Source: Corallococcus sp. bb12-1
GTDB lineage: Bacteria; Myxococcota; Myxococcia; Myxococcales; Myxococcaceae
Assembly: GCF_026626765.1 (NCBI RefSeq)
Contig: NZ_JAPNJZ010000012.1
Location: 1 to 13,011 of the forward strand
Direction of reading: 5' to 3'
Length of the DNA stretch: 13,011 nt
Shown in pieces: positions 11,954 through 13,011 of the stretch. The notes beneath the pieces are model-generated. The model did no database searches. It was not told the origin of the DNA and worked only from the letters and a program-made list of their open reading frames with translations. Numbering within the stretch: the first letter of the stretch is position 1; every line of letters starts with the position of its first letter. Made by a program: the position numbers and the translations under genes.

Positions 11954-13011
11954 ATGCGCTCCCGGATCCTCGCCTCCCTGCTCGTGCCCCTCGCCATCTC
12001 GCCGGCGTGGACGGCCCATGCCCAGCAGCAGGACGCGCAAGAGGAGGAACCGCAGCCGGCCAGCAGTGAGACGGAAGGCCAGGACATCTCCGACGAAGCC
12101 CCGGAGCGCCCCACCTCCGTCACGCTGCCCCCAGGTGCCGCCCAGGGCCGCGAAAGCGCCCCCGGTCAGGTGCACACGGTGGAGGGCGGCGACACGCTGT
12201 GGGATTTGTCCCAGCGCTACCTGGGCAGCCCCTGGTACTGGCCCAAGGTCTGGTCCTACAACCCGCAGATCGCCAACCCGCACTGGATCTACCCGGGCAA
12301 CAACGTGAAGTTCTTCCCCGGCGGCGAGGAAGTGCCGTCGCGCGTGGAGGCGGGTGACCTTCCCTCCGACGACGTGGTGGCGCCCCAGGACGTGAGCGGC
12401 GCCAGCCTGGTGTCGGTGGTGGGGAAGATCGGCTACGACGTGTCCGCGTCCCGGCCGGTGACGACCAAGGGCTTCGTGACGTCGCGCGAGCTGGACGAGG
12501 CGGGCCGCATCGAAGGCTCCCCCTCCGAGGCGCTGATGCTGTCGACTCCGGAGCGGGTCTACCTGCGCTTCAAGAAGAAGGGCGCCGCCAAGGTGGGGGA
12601 TCGCTACGTCATCTTCCACACCGTGGAGCCGGTGAAGCATCCGGTCACGGGCGCCAAGGCGGGCTTCCTCACGGAGCTGCTGGGCACGGTCCAGGTGACC
12701 GCCATCAACGACGAGATGGTGACCGCCCGCATCATGGAGACCTGGGACCCCATCGAGCGCGGCAACTACGTGGGCCCCTCCAGCGAGCGGCTGTCGGAGC
12801 GCGTGGCGCCCAAGCCGAACTCCAAGGAGATCCCCGGCTACGTGCTGACGCCGATGACGCCGGGCCAGACCGTGATGGGCGAGCACCACTACATCGTCGT
12901 GGACCGCGGCACCGCGGACGGCGTGCAGGTCGGCAACACCTTCACCATCGAGCGCAAGGGCGACCCGAGCCTCGACGTGCTCAGCCGCGTCGACTCGAAG
13001 CCGGGCGAGAT
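11954..13011 (+). CDS. Secreted LysM peptidoglycan-binding domain protein. The N-terminal 352 aa are in the window and the 3' end runs off the edge.
   Basis: ATG at 11954 with AAAGGA about 10 nt upstream. My hand translation gives the signal MRSRILASLLVPLAISPAWTAHAQQ. The LysM domain is HTVEGGDTLWDLSQRYLGSPWYWPKVWSYNPQIANPHWIYPGNNVKF. The downstream region (...RVYLRFKKKGAAKVGDRYVIFHTVEPVKHPVTGAKAGFLTELLGTVQVTAINDEMVTARIMETW...) matches no domain I recognise. It is missing from the ORF track because it is edge-truncated. Confidence 0.8.
   Translation, partial: MRSRILASLLVPLAISPAWTAHAQQQDAQEEEPQPASSETEGQDISDEAPERPTSVTLPPGAAQGRESAPGQVHTVEGGDTLWDLSQRYLGSPWYWPKVWSYNPQIANPHWIYPGNNVKFFPGGEEVPSRVEAGDLPSDDVVAPQDVSGASLVSVVGKIGYDVSASRPVTTKGFVTSRELDEAGRIEGSPSEALMLSTPERVYLRFKKKGAAKVGDRYVIFHTVEPVKHPVTGAKAGFLTELLGTVQVTAINDEMVTARIMETWDPIERGNYVGPSSERLSERVAPKPNSKEIPGYVLTPMTPGQTVMGEHHYIVVDRGTADGVQVGNTFTIERKGDPSLDVLSRVDSKPGE

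Noticed and set aside
10991-12889. A 632-aa ORF on the minus strand.
   Set aside because: It is antisense to the YbgF-like and LysM genes, which have clear signal peptides and domains on the plus strand. Its composition is low-complexity and it matches no recognisable family.
1736-13011. A search for tRNA/rRNA genes, IS elements or transposases, integrases and toxin-antitoxin pairs.
   Set aside because: All intergenic gaps are 190 bp or shorter and contain no cloverleaf-capable sequence. I saw no terminal inverted repeats, no transposase or integrase-like ORFs and no small paired ORFs. I found nothing indicating a mobile or accessory island, and by eye the GC content looks uniform apart from the short promoter regions.

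Overview
This is a 13 kb window of about 70% GC DNA with strongly GC3-biased codon usage. Its signal peptides and domain repertoire suggest a myxobacterium (Myxococcus or Corallococcus-like), but that is an inference, not a match. I can support nine protein-coding genes. I found no rRNA, tRNA, CRISPR, IS or phage elements. Every intergenic gap is 190 bp or shorter and none folds into a cloverleaf.

The left half (1-5886) is an alpha-glucan-type cassette:
- a GT4 glycosyltransferase on the minus strand, running off the window edge, with an unusual ~200-aa Pro/Ala-rich C-terminal tail;
- divergently, a Rho_N-like/DUF4912 protein of 801 aa that carries about 14 tandem copies of a Tyr-containing 'PRAxGASDQRYL' repeat and its own Pro/Ala/Ser-rich tail;
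- 26 bp downstream, a GH57-family 1,4-alpha-glucan branching-enzyme homologue.

The right half (5989-13011) is cell-envelope themed:
- an HtrA/DegP-type protease with two PDZ domains, with an SGNH/GDSL hydrolase 15 bp downstream;
- a convergent membrane diguanylate cyclase (periplasmic sensor, HAMP, GAF, GGDEF with an intact I-site) whose periplasmic domain carries a CxxCH haem-c motif;
- a pgeF(yfiH) - YbgF/CpoB-like TPR protein - LysM protein string.

I also propose several regulatory elements, all at low confidence: an ECF-type promoter upstream of the protease gene, a sigma70-type promoter that argues for a shorter start of the cyclase gene and is overlapped by TGTCA/TGACA palindromes, a 9-bp direct repeat in the divergent GT4/DUF4912 promoter region, and two hairpins.

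The long ORFs of 430-1294 aa lying antisense to these genes are high-GC artefacts.
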